Below, piece by piece: positions 1 through 12,700 of a DNA stretch of 64,000 nt. The stretch is taken from NCBI GenBank assembly GCA_002189035.1, contig NEEC01000015.1, forward strand, positions 2,108,001 through 2,172,000. Reading direction: 5' to 3'. The notes beneath the pieces were generated by a model that was given only the letters and a program-made list of their open reading frames with translations, made no database searches and was not told the origin of the DNA. A program made the position numbers and the translations under genes. Each line of letters begins with the position of its first letter. Position 1 is the stretch's first letter. Origin of the DNA: Utricularia gibba (taxonomy: Eukaryota > Plantae > Magnoliophyta).

Positions 1-398
1 AAAAAAAAAAAAACCATTTTGTGAGGCAGAAATTAATACAATAACACCTCTAAGGAATCACCATGCACAAATAAGTAGACATAACATGCGTTGGAGAACA
101 ACCCTCGCCTTGCATAACTCTGAGGATAAGCTATTTACATGACACATGCACACAATGCTTGAATAAAAAAAAGTTAAGCTGACATCTGCACAACTAGAAA
201 GTTCTTGGTATTGAGGAAGACTCTAATCATTATGCAGCCACACCAATCCATTACTTTTTGAGATAGTTTTATTTTTTTCCTTTTCATTAATATGAATCAT
301 CATTCACACGAATCATGTTTTAGAGCAGGAAAGAAATCATTTATAAGGGAATGCCACATAACTGGTGCAAAGCAAATGTCACAATAACAAGAACCTAC

Positions 399-3158
399 CT
401 CATTTGAGGGCAGGACAGCTTTGGTATGAGGTTTGCAATGCTGAGGGTATCCATATTCGAGTTCCTTTATATTGTCATGGGTGCAGTCCAAGATAGATAT
501 CCCTTTAATGAAAAGACAATGCTGCAAAATCTTGGATTCCAAGTAAAGCCATTTTGCTTTCTCCAGGCCAGAAAAACTATAGAATGCAAAGACCTGATGC
601 TTCTTCATATCATAAATGCTAAAAATCCGGAACCTTATTGAGGTCACAGGCAATCCCATGTTCCCATCCATGTATTCATTGCACTGACTGAAAAGAATCA
701 ATATCATGGAGACAAGTGATATAGCCTGCTTCAAGCAGCCTTCAAACAGGAGAAGTTTCAAACCAAGACTATTATCAAAAAAAATAATCTCAAGGAGAAC
801 AGCAGGGGAGGTGGTAACAATCACACCATTTTGAAGCATGAATATATGGTGTGCTAGCCAATAAGGCCCCAGTTCACATGCAAATTCCATGAATCGAATC
901 AAAGGAAGATGTATCTGAAATCTCACATCATTAGACTTCACCAGCACATCATTCAGTTTTAATAGGCCATCAAAACACCACAACGGTATGTTGGAATTCA
1001 TCCAACCAATATGCCTCCCCCCCTTAGTATCCATGAAGCTATTCACACATGCCTTAACTTTTTCAAAAACAGAACTACCTGTTATCAGACTTTCCCGATA
1101 TCTCCTTCTGACATAAACCACATTCTTTCCACTTAGCAAGTTTTTATTAGACAGAGAGCTATCTTGTGAGCAAAAGTTTCTCAATTTTCCTGCAACATCG
1201 GACTTCAAATTTATGTTATTTGCCTTCATTTTTTGACCAAGGAAATCAGCATCTGAGTCACCAGCCTCCCCCGATGAAATTGATGCTTCCAGAGACTGCT
1301 GTTCTTGTGAAGTCATCTGACCTTTCAAAGTTACTGATGACGATTTAGCAATCTGGGGTTGGCTTGCTAGCCATGATGCAATGGGCTCTGAATCAGGACA
1401 CTTCTCTGTTAACAAATTACCTTCTTCCTGATTAGTTTCCAGCTGTTTCTGGGAATATCTTTCCCCTGCTGCTCGTTTTCTAGATTTTGATCTGCCAGGA
1501 GCATCACTTGGCAGAAGCAAGATTTTGAATTTCTCCTCAGGAAGATTAACCCATTCTTCATCTCGATCATCGTACTTTATGTGATGAAGCTTAGATTCTG
1601 AATGGTACTCATCCACAAGGCCATAATACCAGCTCTCATCAAGTGGCCAAAATATTTTTATCCTTTGATTTAAAACCCAGTATGGATCCAAATCATCAGG
1701 AAGAATCTCATAAAAGTGCCTCCGCTTCCTTCTTGTCCCCTTGACTTTATCTTCCCTTCGAGGTCTCAGAGCTCTGCTCTTTTCATCAGCAGATGTAGAC
1801 TCCCTACCAGCCAATGACTTTGCATGTAAGCTAAATGAATCCCAAGTTGATGAACCTGTAGTGTATGATCCATCAGGCTTCTGAAATGCTGAATATCTTC
1901 TCCTTGAAGAATATCCCGTACAACTTGGATCAAATCTGGATGACAACATCCTTGCTGCATTTTTTTCAAGGTTCTCTTCATCCTCATCATCATCATCTAG
2001 GTGATCAGTGAAATGATTATTTGAAACTGAACTACCTGTAGAAGGCTCAGGCTTCTTTTTAAATGCTTCATCAGCATCTCTAAACATCAAATCCTTTTTT
2101 CCTGACCTTCTGTGGCCTTTAGATGTTCCATCACCATCTTTTACAGCGAGAGAACATCCATGGGGAGGTGACGTAGGATGAACATCACTCTGTTCTTTAA
2201 CTTCATGCCCTGCTGCTACCTCCACCATTGTTTTTGAATTTGGGTCACTGGACTTCACATCAGAATCTTTTCCCGCCCTTTTCTTCCGCCTTGCTTCTGT
2301 ATTCCCTCTTGCTACACCCTTAGCAGAAGCTGACTGATCATTGCTCTTTGCATCACTGGAATCAATTTTTAACCTTGAATTCAATTTTGATCTCCGTGAC
2401 TTAACTGTAATTTGGGGATCTTTCGCAGACTTCAGTTTTAGATGTAAATTCTCTTCTTTCACATCATGTGCAAGAGAATCAGAATGATCTATGGCACTTA
2501 CAGTAACTTCATCAACTTTTCCCTTCTTTAATTTTGCTTTTGAACTGATCACATTTACAGTTGACTTTGAGTCATTATTGAGTTTTAAATTTGAAATGAA
2601 ATCACAGGACCTTCCAGTGGTTTTTGTGTTCGACATGTGACCATTGGTAGCAGATGGAGTGCCTGATCTGTCTGAACTTCCACCCAGCGTGACCTCCTCC
2701 TGAGGTTCAGTAACTCCATTGGCAGTGTCAGATGCCTCCACATGATTGACTGAATTGGTAATTATTGAAGGATCATGAACTTGATCAATTTCTAACTTCT
2801 TACGCTCTATTGAACCACGAGGACGCTTTGGAATAACAAATGGGTCTCCGTTCTCAGAAAATTCTAATGAGATATTGTTGAAACCTTGACTCTTACCACC
2901 GGATTTTTGCTCTATTTTCCTACCATTTGCCCGCTCCTTCCTGATTCTTTTAGCCCCAGACTCAAAAAAACTCAAAGGAAACTCTTTTCTACTTTTCCTC
3001 TTCCTTTTCTTAACATTTTCATGTCCAATTTCATCAGAATTATCCTTCTTAGCCCCCCTCACTCTTGCAACTCTTGATTCATAGAGACTCTTGAGATCCA
3101 ACGAACGGTTTCTCCTAGGAATATCAGCAGCCCCACACTTATTCGAGCTGCTTTCCAT
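399..3158 (-). CDS. EPCR1-like: Enhancer of polycomb-like (EPCR-type) chromatin protein with Tudor-like domain; large first coding exon, gene continues beyond the left edge of the window
   Basis: ATG at 3158 (MESSSNK...RSLDLKSLY, an N-terminal motif typical of the family); Tudor-like segment NQRIKIFWPLDESWYYGLVDEYHSESKLHHIKYDDRDEEWVNL; probable donor GAG|GTAGGT at 398. The ORF-track tail to 300 is intron read-through. Confidence 0.85.
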
Positions 3159-3671
3159 CAACAACCCGAAAACTCAATCACCCAAACACACTCGGACTTG
3201 CTCTCATGTTCCATTCAGATCTTCCAAACGAAAGTCCACCACGAAACATCCAACCCCAACAAAAAAATCCTCCACGCCAAATAAATTATATAAAAACGCA
3301 ACATATTTTCTGAAACGAAGAAACGATCTAAAGTAAGTGATCTACAAATCACAGCATAAAAAATCCCTATACTCACAAATCACGCATGCAATTAACATCG
3401 GGCTCAATAAGCAAGCAAATCTTACCTGCACGGGCAAATACCGTAAACTTCCCATCGGGAATGGGGATCAAGCAGCAGAAGTGATTCAATTTCAGCAGAT
3501 CACGAAGAGGGGATGACACAAATTCAGCACCGATTTGAAGCCCTAATTTTAGTTCACCGTTTTCCAATTTTCCTTTTTACCCCCCAAAAATCTGTTTATA
3601 GTAAATTCGTCTAATTTTCAATTTCCTCGATTTTGTCGTGGCTGGACGGGTTAGGGATCAAATTTATGTGG

Positions 3672-3884
3672 CCACGTGGATAGGTTATCCACCGAGGATC
3701 TAAACAGTTTTTTGTTTTCGCAATCCAACGGTAGGAATCGAAAGTAGATCTGTAGCCTTTCCACTTTTAAGAGAAGATCCGGTACGTTGATTTGCGATTC
3801 TCAGATTTGAGGACGTGGCGCAAAACTGGAGTACTTTCATATATCTTCTTCCTTTTCCAAGCCTCCGCGCGTTGTCAAACCCTA
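3672..3884. promoter_or_regulatory. Divergent promoter between the EPCR-like and At4g32610-like genes: G-box, MSA-like core, ABRE-like motif, telo-box
   Basis: CCACGTGG 3672-3679; TCCAACGGT about 3724-3732; ACGTGGC about 3813-3819; AAACCCTA 3877-3884. Motif matches only. Confidence 0.5.
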
Positions 3885-4155
3885 GACTCCGCCTCTGTTT
3901 TGATTCTGCACTCTATCCTTGTGGGACTCCTTTTCAGATTCATCGAGATACTGCGTTGGGAAAGATTGTTTCTTTGATCGAGTTTATTGTTAATAAATTA
4001 AATAGATTTTGGACTTTTTTTCCGACCGATTGGTATTTTGATTTGGATATTGTCGGGTGGTGAATTTATTCGCTTTTTGGGGGATTCAATCTTGTGCGTG
4101 GTTTTCGTTTCCTCAATTGCGTTTTTCTTTTTTTGTCTTAACGCGTGAGTTGGAA

Positions 4156-5854
4156 ATGGTGGGAAGAGGTAGTAGGAGGGATGAAGGATCGTTCACGGTT
4201 AGCAACTCTAATGTGTTTGCTGCTCTGGAGAGTTTGAAGAAGAAGAAGAAGTCTGATAAGGAGAAGGGAACTTCCAAGGGGAGTAAGGGATCTTCCAAAG
4301 GTGATGGTTCTGGGAAGCCGAAGGAGGTTGAGGAGGAAAAGCAAGTTTACTGGGCTCCAGCGCCCTTGACTGTGAAGTCATGGGCCGATGTTGACGACGA
4401 AGATGATGACGATTACTATGCTACCACAGCTCCTCCTAATGCGATATGGGGTGGTTCTGGTTCTGATAAAGCTGAAGAATTGCATAAACCTGATATTATC
4501 GAGGTATGGCAATGAAAAGCTTTTTGCTTTTTTGTGTCATTTGGTGTGAACTCTTGTGTTCTTTTGAGCTTCATGACTGTTATCTGGTTACCTGTGGATT
4601 GGTCTTTCACGGCTTTGAGTCCGATGACATTTGTTTCCTAAAAGAGGACGTTTTTTTATATCGTGTTGTCGCTCGTAATGCTGATAAAGATCTAATCTTG
4701 TATGCATTTTATTTTCATCATCTATGAATGAGTAACTTGCTCGGGCTCATATGTGCTACGTTTGTGAGTGATTTCAACTGCTTCGCTATGTTTATAAAAT
4801 ATATTCAAGTTTTTATCTTTCACTGCCTTAAGTCCGATGCCATTTTTTATTTCTAAAGGAGGCTGCTTTTATTGTGTTATTGCCCATAATGTTCAGAATG
4901 ATGCAGTATCTTTCACATTGTTGTTGGTGGTTTCATCTTTGTTTTTGATTGGTATTTTAAAACTGGTTTTTGGAAAAGATTTTTCTACTGTGAAATACGG
5001 CTAGTTCTTGAATCCAATAATCAGTAGTAACAGATCATGCATTCGCAGGTCTAAATTCTGGGAAAGATTTTTTTACTGTAGTTCTGGTTATGGTTGTCAC
5101 TTGAATAGGAAAGTGAAAGTGAAGATGAACTTCTTGATGAGGATGTTGATGATGATGCAGAAGATGAGCATGATCATGAATCAGATGTCCAAAAGCAGGC
5201 TGACCCTGTGGTTAAAGAGCCTCTTGAGCTTCCTCCTGCACGCAAGGAAGCTGAGAGACAGCTTTCCAAGAAGGAGAGGAAGAAGAAGGAGCTCGCCGAA
5301 CTGGAAGCTATACTAGCTGATTTTGGAGTAAACCCACAAGAGAAAGCTAAAGATGAAAATTCTGGTAATCATATCACTTCCTGTAGCATAGCAAATTTGC
5401 CATCTCTTGAGTTGTTGTTCATCTGGGTTTGAATTAAAATCTTGGAGCTATACTAGCTGATTATTTATGTTGTAGAGAGCCTGAAGGATAGCAAGGAGAA
5501 GCAACTAAATGGAGATGAAGACAAGAATCATATTGCTCCTACTGAATCCAAGGCTGCAAAAAAGAAGAAAAACAAGGACAAGGCTCCCAAAGATGCCAAG
5601 GAGCTTCAAGATCAGCCCAATACTTCATCTCCTTCTAGTGGGCATGAGGCCGGGATCAAGAAGCAGGAGACGACAACAACGCTGACGTGAAAGAGCGGCT
5701 GAAGAAGGTCGCCCTTGCCAAGAAAAAGAAATCCAACAAGGAAATGGACGGTGCTGCAAGAGCCGTTGCTATGGAGGCTGCAGCAAGAAGTGCTAAGCTG
5801 GCTGCTGCTAAAAAGAAAGAGAAGAACCATTACAACCAACAGCCAACACGGTAA
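4156..5854 (+). CDS. Acidic/Lys-rich conserved plant protein (At4g32610-like), 3 coding exons (4156-4503, 5109-5364, 5476-5854); one-base frameshift near 5650-5654 as assembled
   Basis: MVGRGSRRDEGSFTVSNSNVFAALESL, WAPAPLTVKSWADVDDEDDDDYY and ERQLSKKERKKKELAELEAILADFG; GT-AG junctions. The conserved C-terminus DVKERLKKV...KKKEKNHYNQQPTR* (stop 5852-5854) lies in a shifted frame. Confidence 0.8.
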
Positions 5855-6721
5855 ATGAGTAGCCGCATATCACCTCCGGTAAAATCATGGTCATCTCCAT
5901 CGACAGTTTTGCCTTACAGAAACGCTAGATGGCTCTCTGTGTTTCCTATTTATTGGGAACTTGTTTCAGTATGGAATTTTAGACCAGTTGGTGAAGGAGG
6001 TTTCCCTTCTTTGTAATGGTGGCGCGTTCTATCGTGCTTGTAATGTTTTTTAAGGCCACACTCCATCCTCCATACAGCGACGGTCAAAAACAGACAGTGA
6101 CGTCAGCAAACTGTAAGAATTCTATTTACACTTGAAAATGTGACATTTATTGTAAGATCAAAATATCACACAAAAATCCAAATGGGCCGCTTTGTATTGG
6201 GCGGTTACTAATTTGGCCCATAATATTAAAATACTTTTGTTTAGTGGGCTGGGACCCATGGGTAGCGTATCTGACATGTGTTCATCCTCCTCGTGTTCTT
6301 CATTTGTGAGTCAGGCTGCCGGTTTCTTCGTCATTGATCCCAAACCTGCACGATTAAGGGAGCTTAAGGAGCAATTTGGATTTCTCTTAACAGCGTATTT
6401 TGATTACGCGGCCACTGAAACCTGCACCATTCTGGCCGGATGGTGGTGCGCAAGTTTACGTGTATGTAGCTTGTCTTTTCGTGTTTGCTTCATTTGTTAC
6501 TCGGGTGATTTATTTCTGGGTTTTCTGGATATCTCGAGCTCATTTGCTTTGTATTCGTTTCCAAGATATTGCCTGCAAGATGTTTTGGTTTCTGATTTTT
6601 CCTTTTTATTGTCACTGACTGGATATTTTTACTAGTGTTCAATTCTGCTGAAATAGGGGGGACTAAGGCTAGCTCTTGGTCCCCTGAAAATGAGTTCTAG
6701 AAGATGCTGGTAGTTGGAGAT

Positions 6722-9700
6722 ATGAGACTTGAACTCCAAAAACAATTTCTTGGGGTTCCACTATATTGCCCTGTACGTGGGAAAAGAAGGAAGAAAGGTC
6801 ATGAGTACACTAGGGGAGTCAAAACTAATCCTTCTGGAATACGTTCATTACCCTTATGTTCATACTCGAAGAAACCTCAATGGATACTTGAGGGTAAAAA
6901 ATTCATGCGCTTCTGTGGAGCAAATGTGGAATTATTGTGGAAGACGCTTGAACAAAGGAGCGGATGGATGATCAATTCCGTGAAAGGGTCCATTACTCAG
7001 AGCAAGACCTTGTCTAAGTTTGTGACCCCTGTATGGGAAGAGCGGTTATTACTTTTTAGGTGCTCCGTCTTTTTCACTGTGATATCAGGGGTCTCTTTAT
7101 TAATTTGGTATGGACAATCAAAAGCAAAAGTCTATATTGAATCAAAGCTTCTACCTTCTGTATGCACGCTTATCAGTGACCAAATCCAAAGGGACCTTGA
7201 TTTTGGTAAAGTCAGGAGGATTTCACCTCTAAGCATCACATTAGAATCATGCTCAGTTGGACCGCATACAGAAGAGTTTTCGTGTGCAGAGGTTCCAACT
7301 ATGAAGCTGCGGATACACCCATTTTCAAGCCTTAGAAGAGGTAAAATTGTTGTTGATGCTGTTCTTTCTAATCCAACTGTCTTGGTAGCACAAAAAAGGA
7401 ACTTCACTTGGCTAGGGATACCCTATTCAGAAGGCTTTCCAAAGAAACACTTATCCACGGAAGAAGGAATTGACTCCCGTACAAGAACTAGGAGGATTGC
7501 AAGAGAGGAAGCTGCTATGCAGTGGGAGAATGAAAGAGACAATGCAGCACGGATATCTGCTGAAAAAGGTTATATCCTTTCTGATTCCAGCGCCATTCCA
7601 GAAGGTAGTCTTTTAAAAGAGAATGCCATCCTATCTTCAAGATTGGGAGCCCCTGATCCATTTCTTTCTATTGATGAAAAATTGCACTGGAGAGATCATC
7701 ATTGCATTGATGTCGCTGGAGAATATGATTCCAAACATGCTGACTTAGAGAAAACTTTTGGAAAAAGTAACATAAACGCAGAAGTTAGTGTCTGGTCTAG
7801 ATTTATGCAAGGCTCCACCTCCAATAAGTTTAAAAGGAAGACTAATGGACGAGATGTATCTTTGCTAAGTAATGCTTCCAAATCTAGACTTCTTGAGCAA
7901 AGTGCATTAGCAGCCTGTGCTTTCTTTCAAGGACCATCTAACCAGGATATTGTTAAATCTGATGAGAGATTTCCTGGATCTGATGCTGCAGCAGGTATTT
8001 CACCGCTTCAAAGAAACGATACTGCAACTACTGAAGGAGATTCCATGAGCCAGTTTAAGGTTGAACACATTGACAATGATGAATTGGATGTTATACAGAA
8101 TGCATTTAGAAATAAAGTGGTGCCACGAACTGAAACCCATCCCAAAACAACCCTTGGGTCTGGAAAACATGCTGCAAAACCATCTCAGAATGAAAATATT
8201 CTTGAGCCTTATCTTTCGACTGCTGTTAGGAGTGTAAAATCTACGGTCTCCAATGATGAGTCCTTGTCCAAGCACAGTTCCTTAAGGATTGATGGAGATG
8301 ATATTCATCCCAAAGTTGATGTCGTCCACACGAATTTGATTCAAGAGGAGATACGTGCCAATGATGATGTTTTTGAGAGTCAAAGGGACTTGAGCTATGA
8401 TGCGTGTGGTCTGAGAGATCATGCCTCAAGTTCTGTGAGCCATGTAGGGAAATTTTGGTATTTGAGTTCCATCTGGTTCAACATTTGGCATGAAAAACTT
8501 CAATCAAGTCTTACATTTTTTATGTGCAGATGGTGACTTTGGAGATGAGCAAGGGAGTTGAGAATACATCCTCAGATCTGATTGAGATAAGTGATGAAGA
8601 AACTGCTCCTGGAATAGAGAAAACAATACCTTTTGTTCTTGATTCTGTGTATTTTAAAGGTGGCACACTCATGCTTCTTGGGTATGGTGATGCCGAACCA
8701 AGGTGATACATTTTTTTTTTTCTGTGGATAATTTTCTACATTTGATTTATTTTTCTGTGGCATGGTGTTTTTTTCTTTTTTTGGAAGTTGATCTCTCCTT
8801 AGTTCGTTCTTTTTTTATGATGCCGAAGAAGAGAATTTGGAGCCTCCACATTAGAACTTCTAGTTATGTTAGGATTTAAAAATTAGTCCCGCAGATGATG
8901 ACTGCTGCTTTTATAGTTACTGTCTTTTCAGTAGAACATGTTTGATCGTTTTTAATTGGAATATTCTTTATTATCATCTTTTTTTATTGGTGCTTGTAGA
9001 GAAATGGAGGTCAGTAGTGGGCATGCGAAGTTTCAAAATAACTATAGCAGTGTGCATGTGCAGCTTAGTGGAAATTGCAGGACATGGAGATCAGATGCGA
9101 GCTGCAAAGATGGCGGATGGTTATCAGTAGATGTTTATGCAGATGTCATTGAGCAGAAATGGCATGCAAATCTGAAAACAGTCAATCTTTTTGTTCCGGT
9201 ATTGGTCAAGTCAATCAGAGCTTGTTGATGGTGTTTAGTCCATTTTATGTGACTTTGTAATATGAGGTTCTGCATGCTTCTTGTGTAGCTTTTTGAGAGA
9301 ATTATTGATCTTCCCATTTCTTGGTCAAAAGGAAGAGCTAATGGCGAGGTAATCCTGTACTTCATTACTTGGATCTTTTTTATGATTTTCAAGTTTGGAT
9401 TATGTAGAGTAGAGTCGTGAGCATTATATATATATATATATATTTATTTATTTATTTATATTGTTATTGCTTATAGCCTACTTTACAGCAGTTAATGCTA
9501 TTTATTTTTAACCAAACATGTGATGTTTTTACCTGATGTTCGTGGGAATTTTCATACAATGTGCACTTTTTCCTAGGTTCATATATGCATGTCAAGAGGA
9601 GAAACCTTTCCCAATCTTCATGGGCAGCTTGATGTCACTGGGTTGGATTTTCAAATATACGATTCTCCATCATCTTTCTTGGTATGTTTTTTTTTCTATA

Positions 9701-12700
9701 ATTTTATGTTTTCAATGTCACTCTACCAAGCTTGTAGTCTTCCAATATTATAGTAGGTCTTTTGTTTAATGCTGCATTGTTGTCCATCTTTTGGATCTTT
9801 TTCCCCTTAAAGTTCTCAAGGTATAATGTCCTCTTTCTGTGCAGGATATGTCTGCAAGCCTATTCTTTCGTGCACAGCGAATATTTTTGCACAATTCCCG
9901 AGGTTGGTTTGGTGACATTCCATTGGAAGCATCCGGAGATTTTGGAATTGATCCTGAGGAAGGAGAATACCACTTGATGTGTCAGGTGTGTTAGTAATTT
10001 GACAGGACTCGTATGATTCCACTTCCCCTCCCATGTTCATGAACTCTAGGTGCTGGTGTTTTAGGTCCCGTCTGTAGAGGTGAATGCATTGATGAAAACG
10101 TTCAAGATGAGGCCTCTGCTGTTCCCTGTACGTATCTAGTACTTCTGATACATTACTTTTCCTTTGATCTCTAGTATTTTTCCATTTCTTGTGTTTCCTT
10201 TTTTCTTGTAAGAATTTTTTTTTAGATCTTCGTTTGGTCAGCCAAGTTGGACTTAAGGTTTCTTCGCTACTTTTCATTAGGTTCACTTTGCTATCTTGTT
10301 TCTTTTAAACCTGATCAATGTATTGTTTTGGCATCAGTTGGCTGGATCAGTAACAGCTGTATTCAATTGTCAAGGGCCATTGGATGCCCCTGTGTTCATC
10401 GGAAGTGCGTTGGTTTCAAGGAAGCTCATCCATTTTCCGGCCGTTACACCTCAATCAGCAGCATATGAAACAGTAGTGAACTGCAAAGAAGCTGGTGCTG
10501 TGGCTGCTGTCGACTGTGTCCCATTCTCATATATATCTGCTAACTTTACCTTTAATACTGATAATTGTGTGAGTGTTAAAGTTAAAAAAAATGGAATATG
10601 GTTGCTTTTGTCCATCTGTGTTTTAATTGCCCTAATGCTTGAACAAGACAGGTTGCTGATCTCTATGGAATCAGGGCTACACTTGTCGATGGAGGTGAAA
10701 TTCGTGGAGCAGGGAATGCCTGGATATGTCCTGAGGTGATTTTTTTTTTTTTAATCAACACACAACTCACTCACTCTTCAAGTAAACGGGAATTGAAGCT
10801 CAACCATGCAACCTAAGCTCATCCTATATTCTCACATTACTTAATCATATACCTCCCCAGATTTTTTGAGGGATTGATTTGAATATAACAGCAGAACAGA
10901 GATATGGTGCTTGCTACTGTTTATCTACAATCAAGTACTTATGCTAGTGGTCTCTAAAATCTTTGGGAACTGGATATAAAATGCGCATTCACTAGCAATC
11001 CCTCTTAGCACTTCAAATTTCTGCATTCCTTGGGTATAGTGAGAACACAATGCAATTGTGAAACGGTAGGGGTGATGCTGTGATTCTGTTTGTTGGTGGT
11101 AATCAGTTCAGCATGCGATAAAGTTAACTACCTAGTGGATCTTTATTTCTCAGTCGAGTGGGATTTTCAGAAATTCATGTTTAACGTCTGATATTGCTTT
11201 GTTTTGTTTTTGTTTTTTTGTTTTTATTTTTATTTTTATTTTTATTTTTTTTTGTAGAACTAATTTCGATCTTGAGTCTGATAAAGTAATGAGTTGAATA
11301 TGATGGATATCATAGGGTGAGGTGGACGATACAGCAATGGATGTGAACTTCTCAGGCAACTTCTGTTTTGATAAAATAATGCACCGGTATGTGCCTGGAT
11401 ACCTTCATAATATGCCATTCAAATTAGGCGATCTGAATGGGGAAACAAAGGTTTCAGGCTCATTGTTTAGACCGTAAGTCCTTTTTAATATCTTTACTAC
11501 AGAAGTTTCATGTGTGGACGGAACTATGATGGAAAGTAGTTTTCTCAAAACAACAGGAGGTTTGATATCAAGTGGAATGCCCCAAAGGCTGAGGGATCGT
11601 TCTCCGATGCACGTGGAGATGTTATTATCTGCCATGATTATATATGCATCAATTCCTCCTCTGCTGCGTTTGAACTTTTCACAAAAATCTTAACCTCATA
11701 TCCTGATAACAACTGTTTAAACTGGAGAGAGTATGGTCAAGTTTCTGTCATGCCTTTCTCTGTCGAAGGGGTTGAGCTGGACCTAAGAATGCAAAACTTT
11801 GAGTTTTTCAACTCTGCTTCCTCGTATAGCTTTGATACCCTGAGGCCTGTGCATTTGAAAGCAACTGGTCGGATTAAATTTCAAGGTGAAGTAAATAAGA
11901 AAAGAACCAGCATTGATGGTCTACCCATCTCTGACAAAGAATCAGTAGTGCCAGTGGAAGAATGTGATGCTGGGAGTGAGAGTGTCACCGGTGATGTTAC
12001 GATATCAGGTCTAAAGCTCAATCAACTTGTGCTTGCTCCTCAGTTGGCTGGAAAAATGAGCATTACGTCTAATGGTATCAAGGTCAACTTCAACAACAAT
12101 TTAGTTATTCAATGTCATATTGATCCGTAATCCTACTTATCATTTGATTAGCTGTGTTCTTAAAATAAGAATGTGCCTCCACTCTCAGAGTGATCTAAGT
12201 CATCTGAGATGAGCCATGTCAGTGAAAGTCAATTAAAATTATGAAATTTTGCGCTCTCTTGTGTTGCTTTTTTTTTTAACACAGTAGTTTACAATTTTGT
12301 GATCTGTTATCAAGATTTTCTTGTTTCTCTGAATACGAAATAATCTTGACATCAATTTTGGGCTCTGCCCTTTTGATGATTCAGTTTGATGCTACGGGCC
12401 GACCAGATGAAAATCTAGCAATAGAATATATGGGACCCCTACAGTCAAGTTCTGAAGAAAATCTAGCTGGAAAGCTGCTATCTTTTACCCTGCAGAAAGG
12501 TCACCTGAAAGCGAATGCTTGTTATCGACCTCTACATTCAGCTAGCTTGGAGGTTTTGATCATCTAAGCTCCTTATTAAGAAAATGTTTGTTACCGACCT
12601 GTACATGTGCTTTTTTTTGGCATACAGGTACGTCATTTACCACTGGATGAATTAGAGTTAGCTTCACTTCGTGGAACGATCTCAAGGGTAAGCTTTACTA

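Noticed and set aside
48-130. Possible second exon of the EPCR-like gene
   Set aside because: In the required phase it hits a TAG and does not resemble the family; the next exon is probably outside the window
8457-8530. Apparent premature TGA at the TIC236 exon 1/2 junction
   Set aside because: It arises only with the donor at 8458; the stronger phase-0 donor TCT|GTGAGC at 8435 keeps the frame open
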